The position numbers and the translations under genes were made by a program. DNA of 64,000 nucleotides from an uncultured Thermoprotei archaeon (GTDB lineage: Archaea > Thermoproteota > Thermoprotei > Thermofilales > B15-G2), in assembly GCA_965367815.1 (NCBI GenBank), contig CBDUKN010000012.1, positions 11,595 through 75,594 on the forward strand, in the 5' to 3' direction. Of the stretch, positions 1 through 10,000 are shown piece by piece; the first letter of the stretch is position 1, and every line of letters begins with the position of its first letter. The notes beneath the pieces were generated by a model, which saw only the letters and a program-made list of their open reading frames with translations, was not told the origin of the DNA and made no database searches.

Positions 1-272
1 TTTCTTTCCTCGGAATCTAGGTAAGACAAATTAGCTGCACTACATTCACTCGGCTCATGCAACAGTAAGTCGAACCTATCTAGTTCACGTGTAACTCTAC
101 ATAACTTCTCTAAAGTACTCAGTTTAATACAGAACTCTGTGCAATTTAACTCTAGTTCATCAAGTATTTTGAAAGCCTTTTCAACATAGTCTTTTAACAT
201 AGATCCTGCTTCATCGAGGCTCTTGCCGTAAATTTTCCTAACTATCTCTGTTGTGAATACACCTATTTTCAC
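1..272 (-). CDS. Partial gene running off the left edge; probable sugar phosphate isomerase/epimerase (AP endonuclease 2-type TIM barrel) N-terminus
   Basis: Not in the ORF track. Manual translation from GTG at 272 gives MKIGVFTTEIVRKIYGKSLDEAGSMLKDYVEKAFKILDELELNCTEF...LHEPSECSAANLSYLDSEER, open to the edge. The MKIG..., ..LH.P and NL...D.E.R pattern fits this family. Confidence 0.55.
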   Translation of the reverse strand, partial: MKIGVFTTEIVRKIYGKSLDEAGSMLKDYVEKAFKILDELELNCTEFCIKLSTLEKLCRVTRELDRFDLLLHEPSECSAANLSYLDSEER

Positions 273-328
273 AAAGATAATTCCTTTAGCTTGTATAAAA
301 CAGTATGCGGCGCTTACAGCGCATTGAT

Positions 329-1312
329 CTAAATATTCAGTATTTTACTTAAAAGCTTATACACGTCTATTGCTTTAAGTGTAGAGCCGCAGTAAGGACA
401 TTTTACAGTATCTCCTTTCTCTGGGAGCTTTACTGGTGCACCACATACAGGACACTTCACAGCCTTCAGGATCACTCCCGACTTCTTTAGCTTCTCTAGT
501 ATTTTAGCGAAATCTATTACAACTACTTTCTTCGGCTTCATTTCAAAAGCTGTTTCCTTTAATGCAGTCTTAAAGCCAACAATTATTTTTTCATATGCTG
601 CTGCCGCGTAGTCAGCGTACTCTACTTTAACTTCAGCCGAGTAAGTTAACCTTACTTTAGTTACACCTTGTTCTTTCTCGAAATCTGCTTTAATTGTTAA
701 AGTACCTAAGTCTACTTCCTCGCTTACTTGCCTTGAGCCATATTGATCTGTCACTACTTTAGAAATAATTGTGGTCGGAGTGACTGTCACTGTTAAAGAG
801 TTTTCTTTGAGCGAGTACTTGCATGCTTCAAGTGTTTCTTGCTGGAACTTGACTATAGTTCTTTCAGCATATTCCTTTAAGTCAAGTATTTCTACGTCGA
901 GTATCATTATTTCTGAGTAATTCCATTCAATTGTTCTTGTCTTACTAATTATTCCCATGATAACAATTGTTATAAGCGCGATAAACCACACTACTAGAGC
1001 TGCGCCGAAGTTGAAGGAAAGAGCCGATAGCGCGAAAAATACGAAGAGAACTAAGAAAGACATCTTGACGAAGCTAGAGTAGCTCTTCTTAGCCTCCTTT
1101 AGTTCAGCTAAAGCCTCTTCTAAGTCTCTGGGCTTCTGCTCTTTTCTAGTTTCTTCGCCGAATACTTCCCTGTAAAGAATTTTCACTGCTTCTTCTCTAG
1201 AGCACTTCTTTTCGCTCATTATCCTCTGTAAGTCTTTTTCAAGTTTATGTTTTCCTGAAAAATATACTGACTCATAGTAGACTACGAGCTTATTATAGAG
1301 GTCTGAACTCAT
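329..1312 (-). CDS. Membrane protein (2 TM) with C-terminal zinc ribbon
   Basis: 327 aa; hydrophobic hairpin near aa 84-122; C-terminal CPVCG-x14-CPYCG. Confidence 0.75.
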   Translation of the reverse strand: MSSDLYNKLVVYYESVYFSGKHKLEKDLQRIMSEKKCSREEAVKILYREVFGEETRKEQKPRDLEEALAELKEAKKSYSSFVKMSFLVLFVFFALSALSFNFGAALVVWFIALITIVIMGIISKTRTIEWNYSEIMILDVEILDLKEYAERTIVKFQQETLEACKYSLKENSLTVTVTPTTIISKVVTDQYGSRQVSEEVDLGTLTIKADFEKEQGVTKVRLTYSAEVKVEYADYAAAAYEKIIVGFKTALKETAFEMKPKKVVVIDFAKILEKLKKSGVILKAVKCPVCGAPVKLPEKGDTVKCPYCGSTLKAIDVYKLLSKILNI

Positions 1313-1375
1313 CTAGTTTACTTAAACATTAAGTAAGCTTTATTCTTTCCGACGTCTTGGTTTCTCTGAATACAC

Positions 1376-1810
1376 TTAAGTCCCGCCAAGGCATAAGCTC
1401 AGTATATGCTCCATTAGCTTCACTGCTTCTTCAGCCATCTTCAGGGCCTCCTCTGCATCGCTTTTTGAGTAAAGTTCCCATGGAGAAAGCCTTCTAGTGG
1501 GCTCACCATACACTGTTCTAGAGTGCTCAGGTGCAAGCCTATGAGATATTTCAGCGAGACATGCTACATACTGCCTCGCCTCTTCTGGTAGAAGAGAAGC
1601 CACCTGGTTCAACTCCTCTGACGGATCATAAGTCCACGAAGGTATTCTGAAAAGAGCTATAACAGCTTTAGCAGCATTTTCTGCACACAACTGCGCGCAT
1701 GCAACAGTATTTCTCCAATCGCCTCTCAGAAAAGCTTGCCTACACTCATTCAAATAACCTTGAGCTAGTTTTCTTCTGTAATTCACTTCATCTAAGGGAT
1801 CTAGCTTCAC
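1376..1810 (-). CDS. HEPN domain protein (MNT-HEPN pair)
   Basis: AQLCAENAAKAVI and R..YGEP motifs; overlaps the upstream nucleotidyltransferase gene. Confidence 0.85.
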   Translation of the reverse strand: MKLDPLDEVNYRRKLAQGYLNECRQAFLRGDWRNTVACAQLCAENAAKAVIALFRIPSWTYDPSEELNQVASLLPEEARQYVACLAEISHRLAPEHSRTVYGEPTRRLSPWELYSKSDAEEALKMAEEAVKLMEHILSLCLGGT

Positions 1811-2243
1811 TCTGAATCACCCAGCCGTAACTTTTGCCAATTTTATAGCGCCTAAGTTTAAGTCTCTCAACCAGCATTTTCGTCTCTTCGATTAATTTTC
1901 TTAAAATTCCTTTAGGGTCATATAGGACTATACAATCGTATAGTATATTCAGCATAGTTGACGAAAATTTTAACTTTCCTTTTAACAGCGCTTCAGCATC
2001 CTCTAAGTCTATGTCGATTAAAGTAATGTCTCTTTTAATATGTTTAAATAAAATATCATATATTTTAAATCTTCTCTCAAGGCTTCTTTCCCAATTTTCT
2101 ACAATCACGAGAATATCTATGTCACTTTTTTCAGTAAACTCTCTTCTAGCATAACTACCGAAAATACCCACAGCTACTATTTTGCCACAATATTTTTTGA
2201 CTAGTTCTTTTACAGCCTCGTTAATTGCTTTATCTAACTCCAT
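1788..2243 (-). CDS. Minimal nucleotidyltransferase (MNT)
   Basis: FGSYARREFTEKSDIDILV matches the GS..DxD pol-beta motif. Confidence 0.9.
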   Translation of the reverse strand: MELDKAINEAVKELVKKYCGKIVAVGIFGSYARREFTEKSDIDILVIVENWERSLERRFKIYDILFKHIKRDITLIDIDLEDAEALLKGKLKFSSTMLNILYDCIVLYDPKGILRKLIEETKMLVERLKLRRYKIGKSYGWVIQSEARSLR

Positions 2244-2509
2244 TTTACACTAAACTATAGAGTAGCGAAGATAAATACTTAGCCAATAACTAGAAAATTA
2301 GCAGATAGCATGACTACTATGAGTTAAATATAGGTTTTCTACAAAACTGTTCTACACAGTAAGTATTGAGCTAAAGTATCTACTATATAGGTGAATACAT
2401 AACTACAGAATATACGATATTTTTCAAAAAGCTATTAATAGAATGCTATTTCTACAATTCAAATAGTCTTATTTTTATTTTATTAGCTAACTTATTTGGT
2501 GAAATTGCT

Positions 2510-4372
2510 GTGGTAAGAACTCTAAACTACGAAATTTATTTCGATAAAGTGTACGGTGGATGGATTGGTAAGTGTATTGGAGGAGCTATAGGTGCTCAAG
2601 TAGAAGGACAAAAGAAACTCCATGATTTCACTGAAGAGACAGCTTTTCCTGAAAAATGGCCGCCTAACGATGATTTAGATCTACAGGTTCTGTGGCTTCA
2701 TGCTCTGAGAACACGGGGAATCTTTATTGACAGCAGAGATTTAGCCGAAGAGTGGGCTGAACACTGCTGGTACGATTTCAATGAGTATGGCAGATTTCTT
2801 AAGAACTTTTTGAGAGGAATAGATCCTCCTGTTTCAGGGTGGTTTGACAACGAGTACTTTAGGGAGTCTATGGGTAGTCCCATTAGGTCTGAAATATGGG
2901 GGTTTATTTGCCCTGGGAACCCGGGCTTAGCTACATGGTATGCTCAGAAAGACGCTGTTCTCGATCACTGGAAGAACTCAGTCTGGGCTGAACAGTTCTT
3001 GTCAGCTATTGAGGCTTCAGTATTCTTTGAAAAGGATATTGTACGCCTAATAAACATAGGCTTAGCTTATGTTCCAGAAGACTCTAAGTTCTACAAGCTA
3101 GTGCAACTAGTGCTAGAATGCAGAGAAAGGGGCTTAAATTGGCTTGAAGCCAGAAACATTGTTTTAAGCAGATTTGGGCACCCAGACTTTACTTCAGTTT
3201 ACCAGAACCTAGGTTTCACGCTAATAGCCCTTCTCTGGGGTGAATACGACTTCGGTAAAACTATGCTGATTGCCTTGAATAGCGGCTACGATACTGACTG
3301 TACATGTGCAACAGCCGGAGCTATACTTGGAGCTATTCTTGGAGAGAAAAAGATTCCCGAGAAATGGAGGAAGCCTATAGGCGATGCCTTTGAAATGGGC
3401 TTTTCTCTTCCAAGAGAGAGCTTCAAGATATCTGACTTAGCGAGAGAAACATGCGAAGTAGGCGTAGCTGTGTCTAAAGTACTTAACAGAAAAGTAGAAA
3501 TAGTAAACGTACCAAAGGAAGTGTATGAACGTGCTCTCAAAATACCTTTAGGAAAACCTACTCCTAAAGTAGAATTGTCAGTAGACTACTTGGGGCTACC
3601 CTCAATTGGGAAGGGAGAAACAAAAACTATTGAAGTTTTTGTAAAAAACAATAGTGGAGAATATATTGTCGGCGAGCTAGAAATAGCGGTTCCCGAAAAC
3701 TGGGTTGTTCGAGAGAAATACTACGTTACTTTAGGTCCTAGAGAAAACCGCTTCTACTGCTTCACTGTTCAGGCTCCAGACAAAGGAGTTCTTTTTAATA
3801 AAAATATCCTAAAAATAATATTTAGAGAAGTAGACGGCACAGTATGGGAAAAGAGCTTTGGACTATGTGGAGCTAAACTGTGGAAAGCAGTAGGCCCGTT
3901 CTGGGAAGGAGTATCTCCTTTCGAAGACAGAGCCTACATCGATAAAGAGTATATCGACGAATCACTTATAGCTGAAGGAAAACTAGATAAAGTCTTCGAG
4001 AAAGCAGTTGAAATAAATGCTTATGAAAGCGTACTGCCTCTAGACCAAGTATTTCCTTTAAAGGGAGAATATTGCATATACTTACTTCACCGCTTCTTAT
4101 GTCCAAGTGATAGAGAAGTATCTTTAGTAGTAGGATCTAATGGTGACTTCAAGCTGTGGCTCAATGGAGAGCTAGTAGGCGAAGGAAAGAACAGGTACAT
4201 ATGGAATCCCTTCATGTACTGGTTTAAAGTAAATATTAGGAAAGGTGAAAACACCGTAGTCATTAAATACGTTAAGAAAACAGAGAAAGCTAGACTAAGC
4301 CTCGACTTTTATAAGAGAGAAAAAGTACCCGGCAACTCTTCATGGCAAATAGACCTGGCCACCATACTATAG
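2510..4372 (+). CDS. ADP-ribosylglycohydrolase-family protein with C-terminal Ig-like and beta-sandwich domains
   Basis: G.WIGKCIGGAIG, NDDLD, GSPIRSEIWG and GYDTDCTCATAGAILG motifs; C-terminal LWLNGELV...KGENTVVIK beta-sandwich. Confidence 0.85.
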   Translation: MVRTLNYEIYFDKVYGGWIGKCIGGAIGAQVEGQKKLHDFTEETAFPEKWPPNDDLDLQVLWLHALRTRGIFIDSRDLAEEWAEHCWYDFNEYGRFLKNFLRGIDPPVSGWFDNEYFRESMGSPIRSEIWGFICPGNPGLATWYAQKDAVLDHWKNSVWAEQFLSAIEASVFFEKDIVRLINIGLAYVPEDSKFYKLVQLVLECRERGLNWLEARNIVLSRFGHPDFTSVYQNLGFTLIALLWGEYDFGKTMLIALNSGYDTDCTCATAGAILGAILGEKKIPEKWRKPIGDAFEMGFSLPRESFKISDLARETCEVGVAVSKVLNRKVEIVNVPKEVYERALKIPLGKPTPKVELSVDYLGLPSIGKGETKTIEVFVKNNSGEYIVGELEIAVPENWVVREKYYVTLGPRENRFYCFTVQAPDKGVLFNKNILKIIFREVDGTVWEKSFGLCGAKLWKAVGPFWEGVSPFEDRAYIDKEYIDESLIAEGKLDKVFEKAVEINAYESVLPLDQVFPLKGEYCIYLLHRFLCPSDREVSLVVGSNGDFKLWLNGELVGEGKNRYIWNPFMYWFKVNIRKGENTVVIKYVKKTEKARLSLDFYKREKVPGNSSWQIDLATIL

Positions 4373-4395
4373 TCCAGCCTATCGCCATTCATCTG

Positions 4396-5217
4396 TTAGC
4401 TGTAAAGTGCACTTATAATAAATTTAGTATTTTTAGTTACATAGCACCCTGTTTTAGGAAAAACATATTTTACTTTAAGGTGCACTTTTTTATCAAATAA
4501 CTCTAGTGATACTTCATCTCTTATATGAATTGGCTCGCCTAGATACTTTGTTTTCAGCTCATCAGATAATACTTTTAATGTCTCTTCTTTGCTAATAATG
4601 CTAGAGTATTTTTCTACAATAGATTTAAGCTCACTTAATATAGTGCACGACACATTGCCTAATGGCTCTAGAATAACCCAAAGTGCTTCTGGGTAAGCTT
4701 CCTCAACTAAAGTTTTTTCCAGCAATATTAGCTGTGTTGAATCAACTATTTTAACTACTCCTTTAGGTCTAGTTGCTAGTACTTTAAACGCTGTCGGCTG
4801 CCCTAGTAGTGGCACATAAACTACTTCTCCTTCGCATACAGGATAATTTAATAGCCTCTTTTTGACAAAGCTAGCTAAGCTTTCATCAGTTGTAATTTTT
4901 GAGCGTAGAGAAGCTAGTTTAACTATAGCCGCAGCCTTTACTTCAGGCACTTTAACTAAGACTTCATCTCCTATGTTTACATCAGCATTACTTCTAACTA
5001 ATTCAGTTAAGCCTACGACTTTCTCCCTTACTTCAGGCTCAAGCTTTACTTTAAGCCTATGAACAATAGCTGACGCAGTTCTCTTCCCCACTATTTCAAT
5101 AATGTCATCTTCATCAACTCCCAGCCTATCCATAGTTTCTTCACATAAACAGGCTACTTTCATTTCCGCCTTTTCTTTATGTGCCTCAATAACTTTAAGG
5201 CGGATTTCTCTCATCAT
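4396..5217 (-). CDS. Stand-alone Cdc48/VAT N-domain protein (CDC48_N plus two CDC48_2-like subdomains, no AAA ATPase)
   Basis: LKVIEA...MDRLGV...DIIEIVGKR...RSNADVNIGDEVLV and LLNYPVCEGEVV...FKVLATRPKGVV match Cdc48 N; no Walker A/B; 273 aa ending in a stop. Confidence 0.8.
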   Translation of the reverse strand: MMREIRLKVIEAHKEKAEMKVACLCEETMDRLGVDEDDIIEIVGKRTASAIVHRLKVKLEPEVREKVVGLTELVRSNADVNIGDEVLVKVPEVKAAAIVKLASLRSKITTDESLASFVKKRLLNYPVCEGEVVYVPLLGQPTAFKVLATRPKGVVKIVDSTQLILLEKTLVEEAYPEALWVILEPLGNVSCTILSELKSIVEKYSSIISKEETLKVLSDELKTKYLGEPIHIRDEVSLELFDKKVHLKVKYVFPKTGCYVTKNTKFIISALYS

Positions 5218-5269
5218 TTACTTAATCCTTAAAATTCTATAAAAATATTTGCCCTATTTTTGCGAAATT

Positions 5270-6916
5270 TTATTCCTGCGGTACAGCTATAGCATCAGTC
5301 TCTATAGCTTGAATAACAAGATACAGCCAGTATACCACTTTACATATGTCTTCAAAGAAAGCCTGCGTCCTATGTACTAGCTCTTCGTAACTCAATTCGC
5401 CACAATTGAATTTAAGTAATAGTCTCGCTAATTCACTAAAACTCAGTTCTCTTTCTACTATGCAACGCCCATAGATCTCTTCTAGTACTCGCTTAAATTG
5501 ATTCAATGGAAATACTTTTCCATAGGTTATGTTCCCTAAAACATTTAAGGCCAATTTATTCACATCAATAATAGCGCCGCGCTTTGTAAGATCTTTGAGA
5601 AGTTTATGTAAGGGTTCATAGGGTAGTGAGTAAAGCGGCTTTAAGTCCACATAGTACAGTACTTTGAATCCCTGTTCAATTAGCTCAGAGATATCGCCGA
5701 AAAGCTTCTCAACAGGCTCACGCAATTTAAGAGATATTTTTCCTTCTTTCAGCTCTACGTCGTATCTTATGAAATAGCTTTTACTTTCTTCTCCATCAAA
5801 TAGCCCTACTACAATAGCCCTTATTCCAAATAATTGTATGACGCCAGGACATATGGCTAAGAGTTTGAGTCGTTTAGAAGGACTAGGTACTTTAACTATT
5901 TTATCCCTGTATCTATCAAAAAATTCTAGAAGTCTAAGCACTTCTATTGTACTTAAAGCATCAGCTATAGAATTCATTAAGTCTACTATTTCCGGATAAA
6001 ATTGTCTAAAAGTCCTATATTTGATTCTATCATATTTAGATAGGAGATTAAATATTGGCCTTATGTAAGCGAAACCTTTTCTCTCCTCATCTCTGAGAGC
6101 TTTTTGAATATCTTTAGGGCCACGTACTTTAAGCTCTATAGCTCTTATAATATGTTCATTAATCATAGTGGACGGATCTCCATAAGCCATTTTTTCCATA
6201 AAGCTTTCAATAGGTCTGTAAAGAGCCCAGAAGTCTCTATATTTGCTAAGAAATTCATCTGTTAGAGGGTTTACGAAATTGTGGGCAAATTCATGGAAAA
6301 GTGCTGCTCCAAATTCAGGTATTCCGTTTTTAACTCTAAACGGGCCTAAAAACGCGTAAAGTATTTGCTTGTCATCGACTTTTATAGCGTAGCCGTAGTT
6401 TCCATAGAATAGAGGCGCTAAAATAACGTGGTAGCCTTTTTGCTCTATGCCAAAGAAGTCTTCGAGCATTTTTACGGTCTTCTCTAGCTGGATATTCGCG
6501 GAAGCTCGTTCTTCAATTAAACGATAGAAATCTAGGTGTCTGCGCCAAAACTCTTCGAAATTCGAATCATGGTAGAAGTCTTTTAGAGCTTTAGCGAATT
6601 CTCTTAGCAGTGCTTCTCCTCCAGCTCTACTTATATGATATTTTGAGAAAGGTATGACTATTTCGAGTTCCGGAGGCTCTGAAAAATGCATCATAAAGCC
6701 TACTGGAGCATCAAATGTAAAGCCCCGCTTAATAAGTTCTTCACACAGCTTTACTGCCCTATGCTCACTATAAGGACTAAAGAAATCTATCATCGCTTTT
6801 TTATACGGATAATCTTCTTTCCATATACCTATATCTCTCCAACTAGTGAAAAGCTGTACTGCAGTCAAAAGCTCTATTCTCTTATCTACTCTTATAGAGT
6901 ATTTACTCAGAAACAT
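5270..6916 (-). CDS. DUF4932-like zincin metallopeptidase domain (HExxH) plus about 220-aa C-terminal domain
   Basis: VDKRIELL start, LFHEFAHNFVNP, downstream INEHIIRA and GFAYI; no signal peptide. Confidence 0.75.
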   Translation of the reverse strand: MFLSKYSIRVDKRIELLTAVQLFTSWRDIGIWKEDYPYKKAMIDFFSPYSEHRAVKLCEELIKRGFTFDAPVGFMMHFSEPPELEIVIPFSKYHISRAGGEALLREFAKALKDFYHDSNFEEFWRRHLDFYRLIEERASANIQLEKTVKMLEDFFGIEQKGYHVILAPLFYGNYGYAIKVDDKQILYAFLGPFRVKNGIPEFGAALFHEFAHNFVNPLTDEFLSKYRDFWALYRPIESFMEKMAYGDPSTMINEHIIRAIELKVRGPKDIQKALRDEERKGFAYIRPIFNLLSKYDRIKYRTFRQFYPEIVDLMNSIADALSTIEVLRLLEFFDRYRDKIVKVPSPSKRLKLLAICPGVIQLFGIRAIVVGLFDGEESKSYFIRYDVELKEGKISLKLREPVEKLFGDISELIEQGFKVLYYVDLKPLYSLPYEPLHKLLKDLTKRGAIIDVNKLALNVLGNITYGKVFPLNQFKRVLEEIYGRCIVERELSFSELARLLLKFNCGELSYEELVHRTQAFFEDICKVVYWLYLVIQAIETDAIAVPQE

Positions 6917-7010
6917 CAGAGATAACGACTATGTTTGAATATATAAGAATTAGTATTGTCTACTTTTTGTCGAATTTCGTAGGATTTTGTAAGGTTTAGT
7001 GAAATGTAAT

Positions 7011-7024
7011 TCGAAAGTTAAATA
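7011..7024 (+). promoter_or_regulatory. BRE/TATA promoter of the 7057 gene
   Basis: TCGAAAGTTAAATA ending 33 nt before the ATG at 7057. Confidence 0.5.
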
Positions 7025-7056
7025 GAGGTCTTCACTTTACATATAAGCAAGGGAAA

Positions 7057-10000
7057 ATGAAGTATCTCAGAGTAATCAGTATTATTGTTTTTCTACTAGC
7101 TTTAAATTTTATCTTAGTAAGAATAAATGTTGTTACTGCTTCTGAAAATAATTCATACAGTTTCTACTTCAGGTATATCGTATCAAATATTAATTTAAAT
7201 AATTTGAATAAGCATCTGTCTTGCATTATGTCTGCTGTAGACCGCTATGCTGGTTATTCTGGCTGCTATGAGACAGCATCCTATATTTGTAGCTATCTTA
7301 AGTCTTTAGGTCTTAAGACATGGATTCAAAACTACACTGCTATAGTTCCCTACGACAGTAATTCTACTTTAGTTGTCGTCGAGCCTCGTAGAGAAGTTTT
7401 CAGAGTATATGTCTTCGCGCCGAATTTGGTGTATACTTGTAGAGAGAGAATTCGCGGAGAGCTAGTTTACTTGAATAGAAGTTTTCTTGAAACAACACGT
7501 ATAGGTAATATTAAGGGTAAGATAGTTTTAGTTGATCTCGACTGCGGCTACGACTGGATTTACTTAAAGTTTCTTGGAGTAAAGGCAATAGTTTTTATTG
7601 AAAAGAGGGTGAGTGCTGAGGAATGGTTAAGTAAGGTAGTTTGTGCTCCGCTTAAAGTACCGAGAGTGCTTATTAAGGAGAGTGATGCTGAAAAGCTTCT
7701 TAGTTTACTTAAAGAAGGTAGAGTTACTGTAGAGCTTTTCTTGAATATGGAGTGGAGAGAAGTAGTGTTACAAAATGTTTTTGCTCTTATTCCAGGCTCT
7801 GTTGACGAGAAAAATACTGTAGTTGTTTCAGTGCAGTACGATGCTTGCTCAGTTGTACCTTCTATTTCGCCGGGAGCTAGCAGTGCTTTAAGTACTGCGG
7901 CTCTCCTTGAGTTTGCGCGAATACTTAAGGGAAATAGACCCGCAAGAACTGTTTTGCTGGCTTTCTTCTCGGGCTCTGCTTTAAGTATGCTTGGTGCGCG
8001 AACTTGGTTCTATTCGCCGGAGTTTAATGCTCTGCTTGAGGAAGGATATAGGCCTAGAGTAGCTTTTGTTCTAGATTTATCGGGAGAATCTAGCCAGATA
8101 CGTGTACTTATTCAAGGCCTTCTTTATGGTACATACGATTTACATAGATCTCCTTTGCTTAAAGCTTTTGATAGTCTATTAAACTATATAGCTACTATAG
8201 GAAACTATGACAAGTATACGAAGAAATACACTGTACTCGGTAAAAAATACTCTGTGGTTATAGCTCCATCATACTACTATGCAAAACAGAAAAATATTAT
8301 TTTGAAATATGCTTCTTGCCGCCATTTAGGCGAAGTATTTAATATCGAAGGAATACCTGCTTTGACGTTTTATTCACCTAAAAGCAGCTATGGTACTCCA
8401 TTAGATGTTTTAGGCAAAATTGATTTAACTAAAGTGAGGCCTCAACTTGAAGTATCATTTTACATAATCTTCTCTCTTGTAAATGATTTAAGTGAAAAAT
8501 CTTCGAGAGTATTTAGTCATACAGTTTTCTCACGATGGTGTATGTCTACAGTTAAAGGTAAAATTCAGCCTCACATCAACAGCTCATCGACTCTAATCAT
8601 CGTGACAGATTACTTAAACAACCTTTTCGTATACAAAGTAAGTAAAGAAGGATTTTTTGAAATCTATGGCCTGAGATCGTCTTCATGGGGTGTAGGTTTT
8701 CATGTATACAGACTTTATGCCTTCACTTTAAATTCCAGTAAGATAATCTATGCTTCCAAGGAAATACGAATAAGACTTCCCTTGGAAGTTTATTTAGGGA
8801 AAAGAGAAATTATATTAGAGTTAGTGCCCTGCAGCACACTCATAATAGAAGAGCCAGTACTTGATTTCCATACTTTTCGGGCTATTCAACTAGGTATAGA
8901 AATTTTTGAAAAAAGTAAAAATAAAATGGTAGATGCTCTAAATCTTTTTGAAGTATTTACAGGAAACAAATATACTCAAGTAGCTATTCTAATACTGCCT
9001 AGCAATACTTGCTTTGATATAGTGCTCAGAGATAAAATAACCAAAAAGCCTCTCGCTTTAGTTCCTAACATTATTTTAAGGACAGGAGAAGAAAAAAGTA
9101 TTCCAATATACCGGCTAGCAGAAGAAATTATTAAAGCAGCTAATAGTCTACTAAAGCCTTTAGCAGAAGACCCTACTCTATCCGGCTCACTGGGTTCCTC
9201 AAAAGAATATTTTGAAAAAGCCTTAAAGGAACATGAAAAATACTCTAAGTATTTAAATGAAAAAACTTATAGCGAATATGTTTTTATAGCTTATCGTTCC
9301 CTTTACTATGCTATAAAATCATATTATACTTTAGAAGAAGTATATATGAGTATTAGCAACATGAATATTGTTTTAGTATGTATTTTACTGCCGTTTTCTA
9401 TAGTACTATGCGAATTATTGTTTGAAGTACGAGGAACCAGAAAAATGCTGTATGTTCTAATTATTTCTGCTTCTACTGCAGCTGCTCTAATAGTACTTCA
9501 TCCTGGCTTTAGAATACACTCCAATTTAGTACTATTGTTTGCTTCTTCGCTATCTTTATTTACTTCAATTTTATCTCTCTTATACTTAGTTTTTGAGAAC
9601 TATAGTACTTTAATTAAAATAAGAGAAAAACTTGCTGGTAAACACTTTATTGAAACAGCCTATAAAGGGATCTTCTTTGCATCATTCAGTCTTAGTGTAA
9701 GAAATATGAAGAAGAGGCCTTTGAGAACAGCTCTTACTGCTTTAACAGTAGTTTTGCTAGTATCTTCAATTACATTAATTATTTCGTGGAGATTTCGCGA
9801 TATTGTAGTATTTAAAAAGATAGAAGCACCTTCTCCGCTTTATGCGGGCTTTTTGGTGAAAGAGCCTATGATAGATGCCTTTGAAGGTATAAGAGCATAC
9901 CCTATTCCTTCGCCTTTAGCTGAGTATATTGAGTGCGTTTTAGGCAATAGAGCTAGAATATATCCTAGGGCTAGAATAGGGGGCTCTGTAGTATTTTTGG

